Source of the DNA: Coniocarpon cinnabarinum
Taxonomy: Eukaryota
Assembly: GCA_051942205.1 (NCBI GenBank)
Contig: JAVECO010000037.1
Location: forward strand, 1 to 64,000
Length of the DNA stretch: 64,000 nt
Direction: 5' to 3'
Below are positions 1 through 10,716 of the stretch, one piece after another. Position numbers and translations under genes: made by a program. How positions within the stretch are numbered: the first letter of the stretch is position 1; each line of letters begins with the position of its first letter. A model generated the notes under the pieces. It searched no databases, had not been told where the DNA came from, and saw nothing but the letters and a program-made list of their open reading frames with translations.

Positions 1-490
1 GGGCGGGGGAGGAGGAGGAAGCCACGATACGTAATACTAGGTAGGTATTCTATTCCTCAAATCCTTGCGACGCTCAGCTCTAGACCCTGTCATACGCACC
101 CGCGTCATCTCGAATTCCCCCAGGGAATGGGTGGGTTCACATTCCAGCGGACCCAACCTTGCTCGTGTCGCGTGGGCAGAAAAAGCTTATGACGTTTGCA
201 CCGGCGGTACCTGAACTAGCGTTTGTGCTAGAAGAAAAGCAGGACATGGGGAGAGCACAGCCCGATAGCCTTGCGGTGAAGCAGCTCCCTCCACCACTGC
301 ACTCCTCTGCTCGGCTCCCGTCCGACCAGGGCGAAAAAGCATGGCGCATGCATCTCCCCTGCACTTCATACCGCCTTGGACCACCTCACCACTTCCATTG
401 ACCACCTTTGTTCAAATCCATCCACCACCTCCGTTCACACCCCTGAGTCGGAATTCCAATGCCGGTGGTAGGAGCGTCATGGATTGATTG

Positions 491-1841
491 ATGCTTCGCC
501 GCCCCCTCCTTTCTGCTTCCTTCGGTACTGCCATCTCCGCCTCTTCCTTTCGGCTCCTGCAGCGCGCTAGACAGGCTTTCATTGCGCCACGTGCTGTTGT
601 GCGCGCCATGGCCACCAATTTGCCTGTGCTGCCTGATGTTGCGGTGTTGAGTGAGCGACCCCGGATTGTAAGGGTGCTGGGGGGCAATCCTGGAAAGGTC
701 CGCAAGTCTTGCTGCTTACGCCATTGAACGGAATTGGGGCTGACGTGGGTAGGTAGTTTTCGCTGCAAGGTATGGCACGGCTTTTACTCATTCCGGACAT
801 GGAGCGCTGGTGCACACAGCGTGCGGTCGCGGACAAAGTGTGATGTCAAAGAAGCTGATAGCGTCAAGGCACCAACACCTATCTCGTTGGCCCCGCTGAA
901 TCGCCAACTCTGATTGATACCGGTCATGGACTCGAGCATTGGATCAATAACCTGTCATCGCATCTGGACTCAGCAGGCACGAAACAGATTCCTCGCGTCT
1001 TACTAACGCATTGGTACGACTACCCTCCCCCGTCCGACTTCTCGCATACGCGTTCTCTCCCACGTTGCCCTTACCACTCCAGCCATCATAGCTAACTGCT
1101 CCAAGGCACTGCGACCACACCCTCGGCCTTCTCCACCTCCTCTCCCACCCCGTCGCCTCTTCCAGTACCACAATCCACAAAGCCCTCCCACAATATCTGG
1201 GCTACGGCCCCATCTCCGAACCCCTCAAAGAAGCGGTCGATTCCAAAAAAGTCCGTCACGAAACCTGGCAAGATCTCCCCGAGAACCTCGAAGTTCCCAC
1301 CCAAGAAGGTTGGAAACTGCGATGCATCAGAACAGAGGGCCACGCCCTCGATCATACCACATTCCTTTTAATCGAGAATGGTGACAAGTTACGGGGTGTA
1401 TTCACGGGTGATAATGTCCTCGGACATGGCACCGCTGTCTTTGAGGACTTAGCTGCGTACATGGCCACTCTCAAAAAGATCCTTGGCGTCTTCTCGAGCC
1501 TGCCATCGGATGGCGCAGTGCCACTGTACCCTGGACATGGCGACGTAGTGCAGGATGGCAAGGCAAAGCTCGAAGAGTATATCGCGCATCGACAAATGCG
1601 CGAAGATCAGATCATCGCAGCGTTGAAAGACGGCGGTGCGTTAAGTAGCGCAAAGGGCATGACGAGTATGGATATTGTGAAAGTGGTATACAAGGATGTA
1701 CCGGAGAGTTTGCATTTGCCAGCTGAAGGCGGCGTCAAGCAGGTTCTGGTGAAGTTAGAGGGAGAACGACGAGTAGCAAGGGAAGAGAAAGAGGAGGAGA
1801 GGTGGTGGATCATGGATGGGAAGAACGAAGGGAGACTGTAA
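491..1841 (+). CDS. Metallo-beta-lactamase fold protein, LACTB2-like, with C-terminal winged helix; 4 exons including a 13-nt microexon (757-769)
   Basis: Spliced reading gives LGGNPGK|FSLQ|GTNTYLVG, LTH|WHCDH (HxHxDH), GHALDH, FTGDNVLGHG and YPGHG. Introns ~698-756, 770-868 and ~1014-1106 have GT/branch/AG signals. A second ATG lies at 608. Confidence 0.9.
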
Positions 1842-2054
1842 ACATTTCTGTAGAATGTAGATACTTGATGGAGTCTTCAACATGCAGTCAAATTTGTGCG
1901 ATTGCGTAGATGAGTTCAGGGGAAAGTCACTATAGCTGTTGTGCTGCTTGTCTAAAATTGACTCAGAATATATTCTATTCTAAATTCAATGCTGCCACAC
2001 AACGTCTCTCGAGTGCGTGGCTTGAATTCTTCAGGTCACACATTCGGGAATACT

Positions 2055-2144
2055 GGACTGGTGGCGTAATGGAAGCGCGCCTGACTACGATCAATCGTCG
2101 ATTGGCTCATCAGGAGGTTGTGGGTTCGATCCCCATCCAGTTCA
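2055..2144 (+). tRNA. tRNA-Arg(ACG) with 18-nt intron (2091-2108)
   Basis: Acceptor stem GGACTGG/CCAGTTC, D arm GCGT..GCGC, anticodon stem CCTGA/TCAGG with CT-ACG-A, T arm GTGGG-TTCGATC-CCCAT. T runs follow downstream. Confidence 0.95.
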
Positions 2145-2440
2145 TTTTGCCAATTCTTTTGCTATACAATCCTTCATTGTCATCGTTGCTTTTTTTTTTT
2201 TCCCTTATAGAGGATTATACCCAAGGACTGACCAACAGTGTTTCGAGAGAACTCTGCCCGCATTGCTTGGGAATCTGTTTCGGGTTCTGAAGTTCAAGAT
2301 ATACTTATGTATGACCGCGTCCCTTTTGCTTTTATACATCATCGACTTCTTTAGGCCATGACGCTCGCCCTGCGCGACTGCGCTCTGGACATAGGCGCGA
2401 ACGAGCAACGGCATGACGCTTGACTTCGTCGCTGCGAGTA

Positions 2441-3150
2441 CCTACAGGAAGTGTCTGCAAGGGTCACTGACAAAAGTACTTGAGTCTAAGCAGCAAGCCT
2501 ATACGACAACGATGATACAGCTCAAAGAGCTACGGATACAGCGGCGAAAGCCACCTATATCTCAAAAGACGCTGAATTAACGTGCGGCAAGTACTCTTCT
2601 CCTGGACCCCTGTCGTTTTTGCATTAGCTCGGTTGCCTTGCAGGACTCGCTGGTTACAGCCTCAATGGGAGGAGCTCGCGAGGCTGCTCCTTCCATTTCT
2701 TGTGCTATCTCGGGACTACACATTTGTCGTTTTTACTCCCTCATGCTCCCGCTTTCGATTTGTTTTCCTGTTCCTTTGTTCGGGAATATTCTTGGGGTCT
2801 CATAGCTACTGCTTCGGGATAACTCGCGTCGATGTCCTGTCGTAGCTTCAAGCTCGTTCACGAGGGTCATCTGAAGACTAGCTTACCTACCTTTTCAACT
2901 GTTTGGGGCGCTGTAAGAAAGGCCGTTGTGCCAAGCTGCTGCAGTCTGATGCCTATACAAGCACCGCAAGGGTCGGAAACAAAAGTCTTTGTCGGATCTC
3001 AGCCTGGGCCACGAGCCTGGGCCACGAGCCTGCACGATAAGCACAATTCAGGTCGTAAACCTACGAGTACAACGGCGATAGGCCCTTGTCAGTCGTAAGA
3101 CGCTGAATTGTAGTGCGGCAAGTACTGTTCTAGCAGGCCCTTGCTGCATT
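2441..3150. repeat. Diverged direct duplication (~2441-2620 vs ~2952-3150) containing a 13-bp tandem repeat (3001-3032)
   Basis: AAGACGCTGAATT..GTGCGGCAAGTACT.TTCT occurs at 2566 and 3097. GCAAGGGTC..ACAAAAGT and CTACG..TACA.CGGCGA blocks are collinear in both copies. AGCCTGGGCCACG is present about 2.5 times. Confidence 0.7.
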
Positions 3151-3210
3151 CTCGCAGTCCTGACCCATTACATCGGTCTATTGATCGCTAACGAGACTTA
3201 CGCTTGCACT

Positions 3211-6049
3211 ATGGCCTCGGGTCAGGAAGAGGATCATCGAGGGGATGTGAGAACTAAATCCCCGTTTGGTGGTTCATGGCTCGCACTTCCGCGAGCCAAA
3301 AAGCCTCACAACCCACTATCACAGGACCAGGCGCACTCCGGTAAAGACCTCGACACGGCTAAAATGTCTGAAGAATGTTCATATGACGCTTGTAAAACGC
3401 TCTTCAATGTTACAAGTGCATCGCATCCCGGATTGAGCACTGCACAAACAGCGCTTTTCGATGTCAGATGGCGACTGGACTCCTACGTTGAGCGTGAGCT
3501 TCAAGACCGATGGGAAGACCTTCTCGATACGCTCACAATCACAGGAAGCCACTCCTGTCCTTACGCAGTCACGTGCAAGGAATATTTGCAGTGGGCCTGG
3601 CCCGAAACAGCGTATTTAAGTCGATCCATGATAACCCATATAGCCTCACGCCAAAGAACACAGCAAAACAACAGCTTCAAACAAGCGGTAAGTGACGATC
3701 GAGAGAGACACAGTTGCGGGGAGGGTCATCGAAAGCCGTTGCCGCATTCCAGTCTAGACAACGAGCCTCTGCGGTAAGGTAACTTCTGGCCACTTAGCCA
3801 CGAGCATTCTGGCAAAAACAACCTCCCATACATCACAGTGCGTTGAATGGTATTGCGACAACTGCTATTGTTCAAGACCCGTGCCGGAAAAAATCATTGC
3901 CACATCTTGGCCTTGGCAGCGAGCCCGGACGATGATTAGATTTCGAGTTAGAAAGCCGAGGGCATAGCGGTGAAAGCTTCGAATGAGCTATGCGGCACTG
4001 AGTCTGTGGGGCGGCAGTTGCTCTCATCCAAGACACTTGCGGTGCTCCGTAGAGCATACATAGCCCGCCTCATCTCGTCTACGGCTTGAAGGCACCAAAT
4101 TTCCTTGCGCTGGGCAGACTGGCACCTTGCTCTGGTTCGACGCTGTTTTTGCCCAACAACGGCTCGCTGCCCATTCCACCAAACACTTGCATTCAGAACA
4201 TTGCTAATTAGTGGATAGCTTATCAAGGATACTGGCATCGCTCTCGAGAAAAGCTATAACAAGATTCTGGTCGTTTATACGGGTAGAGTTTCAGATGCCA
4301 TTGCCCTAGCTCAACAACTTTGTTGGTTTACTGCAGTGTTCAGACCATTGCATCATCAAGGCTTGCCTAGTTGTTCCAGAGCGAGAATTGTAGACAATGG
4401 CAAATGGATTCGCATCGACGCGCAAGGGCTTGCCCAACCACGGCCTGACTTCGTCACGGACTCCTCGACCTGCTGGATGAGGTTGTTTATGAACTCCAAC
4501 ATCGCGCAACATTTCCCTGTCAAGAGTAGAGATGTGGCTCTCATGGACCCTCAAGATGATCCTTCAGGCATTAAATGGGCAACAGGACTTGAGATATCTT
4601 TTGCCGCTCTTACCGCTATGTCCGGAATTGAATGTTATCTTACCATCGATGGAGGGATTGTTCTGAGCGGCTACTCGAAATGTCTTGTACCCTTGAGGGG
4701 AACACTAGGCTGTATTTGGTGGCACATGCTGACAACGGCAAATCAGTCCGAACTTGGAATGGACAAGGTCATTAATTACCTGCAGGAGCACTCAAATTGG
4801 TACCGTACACTTGACACAGCGCACCTGCTATCTGCGAGGCATTTCCTCGGCTACTGCTCGGCTGCAAACATCCATCTCGGCGTAGAAGGCTCCAATCCTG
4901 ATTTAGTGAAGGCATCTCGCGCATCCGATGAAAGATGTGGAGCGCAAATTGGGGGTTTCTCCCTTGGACTAGGCTCGTCAGGTATGCTACATCTGGCAGT
5001 TCATGTATTTGCCATACGTCGTGTGACTCGAGCTTTTTCGTACACGCCAATTACTGACGCGCATCATAGGCCTCGGCATCTTCGGTGGCAATTTGACGGT
5101 GAATGTGAAAATCCCACGTGGTCTGCGAGCGAACATTCCAGGCGGCTCGATCTCAACTTCGGAAAGGCTAGAAAGATCTGCATCCAATGTACTATTGCTT
5201 TATGACACCCAGACGGAGCGCGGTTATGTTGTGCCTGAGCTCAGTGCTCTGCTCCATTGCGTGCATTCTTGGGCCGGCCGAAACGAAAGGAGACGACGCC
5301 CCCCGTTTGCAACCCTCGCAACCAATGGGGGAGCAGCAGCTCTCGATGCCATTGAGAAAGGCCGCGAGACGCCTTTGGATCATGATTTTCTCACTGGAGA
5401 ACCTGTTCGCCTCAAAGACAAGGTGCAAATCTTTCTTGCACTGTTCGATGCACGGAAGAAGCAATCGTATCTTGACCATCAAGCACAGACCAAGAGCCTG
5501 AATTTCTCCCACGACACTCTTCTCGGCTGGGACTATATCGAGCTCGTGGACATGCACGATTTGGTGCGCAAGCGATGGCAAGTCAAGCAGCGACCCCAAT
5601 GGCCAGCGATTTTCCAGCAACGTCCAGACGTTCTCGTGCTCTTTTGTGAGGATTTACAGCCAGCAGTACAGCCATCTCTCGAAGCCGGGCTGTGCGACAG
5701 CTGTACCAAAGTGACCATGAATGCCGGGCTGCTTGTGATTGCTAATCGATGTGCCCTAGCGCTCAAGTGTGAGTTCGATCGCCTGCCACGCTCGTGTCAG
5801 GACCCCTACGGCACGTGTACAACGCACATGCGAGGCCTTCGCTCGCGCGTCCAAAAGCGTTATGGTGGTTCTCCAACCGATGGGACATCAATACTCAAGG
5901 TTCACGAAGAGGGCGCGTCCATTTTGGGTAGCGGAAAGCTGAGTTCATTGATACCAAGTTTGTGTGATTCGCCAGAAACGCCGGCATGCCGCCAACCTCA
6001 ACTGACTCTGAATGTCGGGCTGCCTGCTGCGTCAATCAACAGCGCTTGA
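3211..6049 (+). CDS. Fungal hypothetical protein of a family often annotated 'Pfs domain protein' (no Pfs domain seen here); exons 3211-3687, 4219-4981, 5070-6049
   Basis: Introns 3688-4218 (GTAAGT..GCTAAT..TAG, phase 0) and 4982-5069 (GTATGC..CTGAC..TAG, phase 1) join three ORFs in frame. Family-like motifs: TCKEYLQWAWP, QQLCWFTAVFR, CWMRLF, GLEISF, RHFLGY, LLYDTQTERGYVV. Confidence 0.7.
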
Positions 6050-6562
6050 TTCAGGAAATAGTGGCGGGTTGGCTTGTGGATGCAGCGGCGTATCTAGACT
6101 ATCAGTCAATAAGGTCGGCGAATCAGGTCGCTTGTTTGCTGTGATCTGATGCTAAGCTTGCTTAGCGGGTACAAACATGCCCGGACCTTTCAGGTAGTTG
6201 CATTTGCGCAACCCGAGTTGGCGCGTACATACATCCTCTATTATTAGTTAGCAGCTTCGCATTCGCTGGAGACCTCATCGCGAAAAATACACTCTTCGAG
6301 CGTTGAGCACATGTTGCGTGTTGTGCAGCAAGAGCTAGCAACGCAGGCATAGTTGACATTGAGGAAATTGGCTATGTCAGTACGTGTCGCATTGTGCATC
6401 TCAGCTGATCATGGTGACTATGAGAAGATATAGAATCAAAGGAAACGTCCCAGGTCAAAACAGTGGACTCGACATACCGAGAACAGATGTGAATTTGTAA
6501 GTCCATAGCACCGTTCATCGAATCAACCTTTCTCTGGCAGACAGGGCTAAAATCGTCTATAG

Positions 6563-6702
6563 CAGTGTGGTCAATGGTTAGGTTATGGTTCGGTTTCGGT
6601 TCGGTAGCGCCATAACTAAACAAACAAAGAGCAATAACTAAACTAATATCCTAATAGTTAACTATAACCGAACCAATAATCACCGAACTATTGACCACAC
6701 TA
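6563..6702. mobile_element. 140-bp non-autonomous hAT-like element (MITE)
   Basis: TIRs CAGTGTGGTCAATGGTT / AACTATTGACCACACTA. 8-bp TSD GTCTATAG (6555-6562) / GTCCATAG (6703-6710). Subterminal GGTTCGGT / ACCGAAC repeats. Confidence 0.85.
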
Positions 6703-6749
6703 GTCCATAGTAACATCCGCGACTCGCTGTACTGCCGTTACTAAACACT

Positions 6750-9198
6750 AACTTGCTAGATCATTTGCAATTTCTGTTATTGCAGAACGTGTCTTTGGCT
6801 GGAGTGACAAGATGCGCCGACAAGAATTGATGATCGGCCAAATGTACGCAATTAGGAGAACTATAGTTGCAAAAACACACGACAATACTTTCAAAGTTGC
6901 TACCAAGACGTTTAGAGAGAGAATGGGGTTGTGCCTTCTTGTACAAGACCGTTCCAAAAAACTTGAAGGCGAATTCAGCAATAGAGTTCGTGTAAATCCG
7001 CGCTATTGCTGCATCTTTCTTTGAGTTAGGCGACGAAGCTTTGAGTAAGATGCTAACAGACTTACGCTGCATAGAACTTTGTTAAGCCTATGATGGGTTC
7101 TCTGGGCGTTTATTTCTAGTAATAGGCAGCTTAAGTGCTTCATTGGCTCAGCGAGACCTGCTTAGATAGATGACATAAACAGGAGCAAAGACATTATCCT
7201 TGGCCATACCATCTAGAGCATTCACCTTAGCGCTCTTTTGCAGTGGTGCTCTGCATGATTCTTTTCGACCGTCGGCGTAATGGGAATATCGCATGCGTCT
7301 AGGCAAGAATTGTCTGCCGCCAACGTCACTTATCTGGCAGTATTAGTATTTTTCAACCGGCAACTCGAGTACTGAACAAGATAAGAAAGAGATTATCATC
7401 AGCTTTTACGTTCGTCGTTTGCATTTCTCTCCGCATTGGCTAGCTGGCGTTCTTCTAGAGGTGAATCAAGACTACTTTACCTATATTTATTTGCGCGCTG
7501 ATTAGTATAAGTCTAGTATGAGCTTGACCTAGTAAAGTCTAGAAGTGTCTTGCAGAACAGGTCTATGCAATGTTGTCGATATCCTGATCATAGCTCACTT
7601 ACGTTCTCGTGGCGAACAGGGAAGTAACCAAACTATGACTAGAACAATTGATCAACAAAAATTGTTGGATATTGAGAGATTCGCAATAACTGCGATTATG
7701 ATTGATGTTTCCTCTCGATGTTGACCAACAGTGTTTGTGAAATTTCGTATATACCGGTGTACTAGTACGGCCAGCTTAGATCTCTAAGAGATGTAGCACG
7801 ATAACTCGTAGAAAAATGTACTGATTTCAACACAAAGTTCTTGCTAGTAGGGTAGTTTAGGTTCGTGGTCTACGGCACCTCAAAGTAGGTACCTCACACA
7901 GATCGATACGGCGTCATACTATGTGTCCTTAGATATGCCGCTGATGCACTATGCGTTCAAAAATTCTCAGAGAAAGAAAGCCGAGAAGAGAGACAAGAAA
8001 TACTAGAAACTTCGATCTACCAGCAAGTCTTGAAACGACTCTTAAAGGCGGATTGCATCTTCATGTCTTTGTAGACATGGTACTACCGGCGGCGCAAGAG
8101 GATGAAAGACCGATTTCCTTAGTGAGAAGAAATCATCGAAGCTACATAGAATGTCGGTTACTTTTTGAACTTTCTATGAGTAGCACGTAGGATCTCCTAC
8201 ATCTTCGAACGTAGCGTATCTAGATTTTAAGGAATGACTAGTGATAGACTGGCTCTATCTCATGTTTCTCCGAAAGTCTTCTCTATACATAGACCAATCT
8301 TCAGACAACAACATTTCGATCTTGATTTCTGTTAGTTCGAACTTTAGCTCGTGCATGCTATCTTTAGCTTCTGCCACCCAAATACGTTTCTATTTCTTGT
8401 CGCCAGACTTTGTCTTTTCGGAATCTTGCAAGACGACCTCGTCTCTATACGCGATAGTAGCTAAGCGCGCTTGTGTTTGTATCAACCTAGGCTTTTTTCA
8501 AATAGCAGATAAGCTAGAACATTGCTGCCAACTAAACTCCTAATACAGTGGCGTTTGCGGACTGAAGCTGCATAATACTAGTGATTGAGAGGGTCTGTTT
8601 GCTGTGCTTTAATATTTATGGTCCTTAAGCCGAAGGTTTTTTCGAACAGTAGAATACCTAGAATGTTCTCGCTGGCTAGGTCGTGAATACGGTGGTGTCT
8701 CAGAAGAATAGCTACATAATGCTAGCAATTCAAAGAGTCTACCTACTGTACTTCGATATTAAGCTTGTTATAAGATTTCCCCATATCAACAGTAGATAAG
8801 CTAGAATACTGTCGCCCGCTGGGCCGTCGGTATGGCGGCGTCCCAGGACTATGGCTGCGTAATACTAACAATTGAGAGTATATTCGCTGTGCTTGATGTT
8901 GAGCTTCTTTTTAGGGCGTCTTCCTAAATAAACAGCGGATAACATAGGATACTGCCATCGGCTGGCTGACGGATAGGGTGGCATTTGCAGAATATGGCTG
9001 AATGATGCCAGCAATTGAGTGAGTCTCTTTGCTGTTTCTTGATGTTGGCCTTGTCTAGGGTGTCATCTTGATGCTACAGCAGATATCCCAGGATGTTGTC
9101 GCTAGCTGGCTCATGGATACCGTGGCGTTTTTCGGATTGTGACTGAATCATGCCAGAAATTGGAAAAGTCTAATTGCTGTAGTCTGATAGTGTAGCAT
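6750..9198 (-). pseudogene. RIP-degraded multi-exon gene of unknown family with N-terminal 48-aa repeats
   Basis: One minus frame reads protein-like over ~8520-7890 (TIAYRDEVVLQDSEK..HELKFELTEIKIEMLLSEDW..FHPLAPPVVPCL) and again over ~7840-7603. It is interrupted almost only by TAG/TAA codons (CAG/CAA-derived). Intron-like GTAAGT donors remain and the DNA is TpA-rich. Confidence 0.6.
8503..9190. repeat. Five degenerate tandem units of 143-144 bp
   Basis: Unit starts (Y)AG(Y)RGA at 8503, 8647, 8790, 8933 and 9077. Units share GTGGCGT, GCTGCATAAT, CAATTGAG and TTGCTGT blocks. Confidence 0.85.
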
Positions 9199-10083
9199 TC
9201 AGCCCGCTTCCAACGCACGCTCACATCGGTCTCTCAAATCTCTCGTTCCCTTCACATTCGACCACTTGTCCAGCAACAGCCGGACATCTTCGAATAATTG
9301 CACAGCTTCGTCTCTCTTCCCCTCTTTCACCATCTCTTCCATTCTTCTGGGTGTATCCAACGCCCATTTGACTGTCTCTTTCTGCCGCGTCTTCTTCACA
9401 GCTTCTTCGTCCTTTCCACTGGCAGCGTGGGTGGCTCCTCTCCCCGCAATCTCAACTACTTTGCCCACCAAAGCCTCGAGACCACCTGCCGTTGGGACCT
9501 CTTTTTGTGCCCCATCTACTTTGCCAGCGGCACCAGTCTTGCCCACAGCAGCCGTCATAGACTCGTTCGAAGTCTTCTCCCCCGTCAGCTTCTCAACCTC
9601 TAACATCTCCCGCACGCGTCCAATCGTCGCGGTAGCATCAATCAGCTTGCTGTAATTATCATAAACCAAGGCTTTGCGTTCGCCATCGTACCCTCGAATC
9701 TCACTCAACAGCTCTGATTCGGTTTTCAGGATCTTGGCTAGACTTTCATTGTGTAATAAATTATTGACGTATTGATGTTCGTTGAAGTCGACATGGTCAT
9801 ACGGGTTTGATGGGCTCTCAACGTGGGGAGTGTGCGGTGTTGGTGGTGCCGAGTCGTTTGTGCTATGAGCGGCGAGGGCGTTGGTCGTGTTGGAAGTAGT
9901 GACGGAGGTGTCGGGGAGGTTATAGTAATCGCGGAGGGCAGATCGATTACGGCGGGCATTCACGCTGCCTGGGTGGGGTTGAGGCCGATCGACGGAGAGG
10001 GAGGAGCGGGTCGAAGGCGTTGCACTAGACGGTGGTGATTTATAGTGCGCGTTTGAAGAGCGTGGGGATGTGATTGTGGTCAT
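9199..10083 (-). CDS. VPS51: GARP complex subunit Vps51
   Basis: RRNRSALRDYYNL and ERKALVYDNYSKLIDAT motifs; intronless 294-aa ORF. Confidence 0.9.
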   Translation of the reverse strand: MTTITSPRSSNAHYKSPPSSATPSTRSSLSVDRPQPHPGSVNARRNRSALRDYYNLPDTSVTTSNTTNALAAHSTNDSAPPTPHTPHVESPSNPYDHVDFNEHQYVNNLLHNESLAKILKTESELLSEIRGYDGERKALVYDNYSKLIDATATIGRVREMLEVEKLTGEKTSNESMTAAVGKTGAAGKVDGAQKEVPTAGGLEALVGKVVEIAGRGATHAASGKDEEAVKKTRQKETVKWALDTPRRMEEMVKEGKRDEAVQLFEDVRLLLDKWSNVKGTRDLRDRCERALEAG

Positions 10084-10716
10084 TTCAGATTGCTCCGTTT
10101 GAAGGACAGATGCGTTGGAAGATAGGCTGTAGTGCGATTAACATGAAACATTATTAGTAGAGGAGGTCGTGCAAAGACACATCGAAGACGAGCAAGCTTG
10201 ACAAATTGAAATCATCTATGAGCGCGTCCGAAGCGTGCAACATGTCGAGACGGGCATTCACACGCCTTTCATAATTCGTTGTTTGAACATATCAGAACGT
10301 CAGAGCTATGTCGGCGTTTCGGACGTTTTAGCTCCGAGGATCTCACAAGATGCGCTGAGCCTAATCTGTATTGCGCTTATAGGTGATCGCAATTGGGGCG
10401 GGTTGAAAGCCTGGACAGCCCTTTCCTGGTGTTTCCGTTATGCCAGATGAGGCCAAGCCTATGTGAATTCCTTGGGCTAGCAGTTGCACAATAGCCAGTC
10501 TTGAAGCTGTCTTGCTTGCATGCTCTGTGAAGCTGGTGTCAGGCCACTATGGATAATATTTCAATGCTGTCTCCGCAGGCAAAGACCAGCCTTACCTACG
10601 ACAGCAACACGAAGCTCGACTGTCTATCCATTCGAACTGCATTTGCATCGCTCAAGCATTCTTGTTATCTGTTGAGCGAGCTGGCAGCTGCTTATTGATT
10701 TAATCCCACAGCGCGC

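Noticed and set aside
6748..7900. Protein kinase remnant (GTYFEV..VLK, CRRILSLQP)
   Set aside because: No HRD or DFG equivalents found, and the GTYFEV stretch falls in a probable intron.
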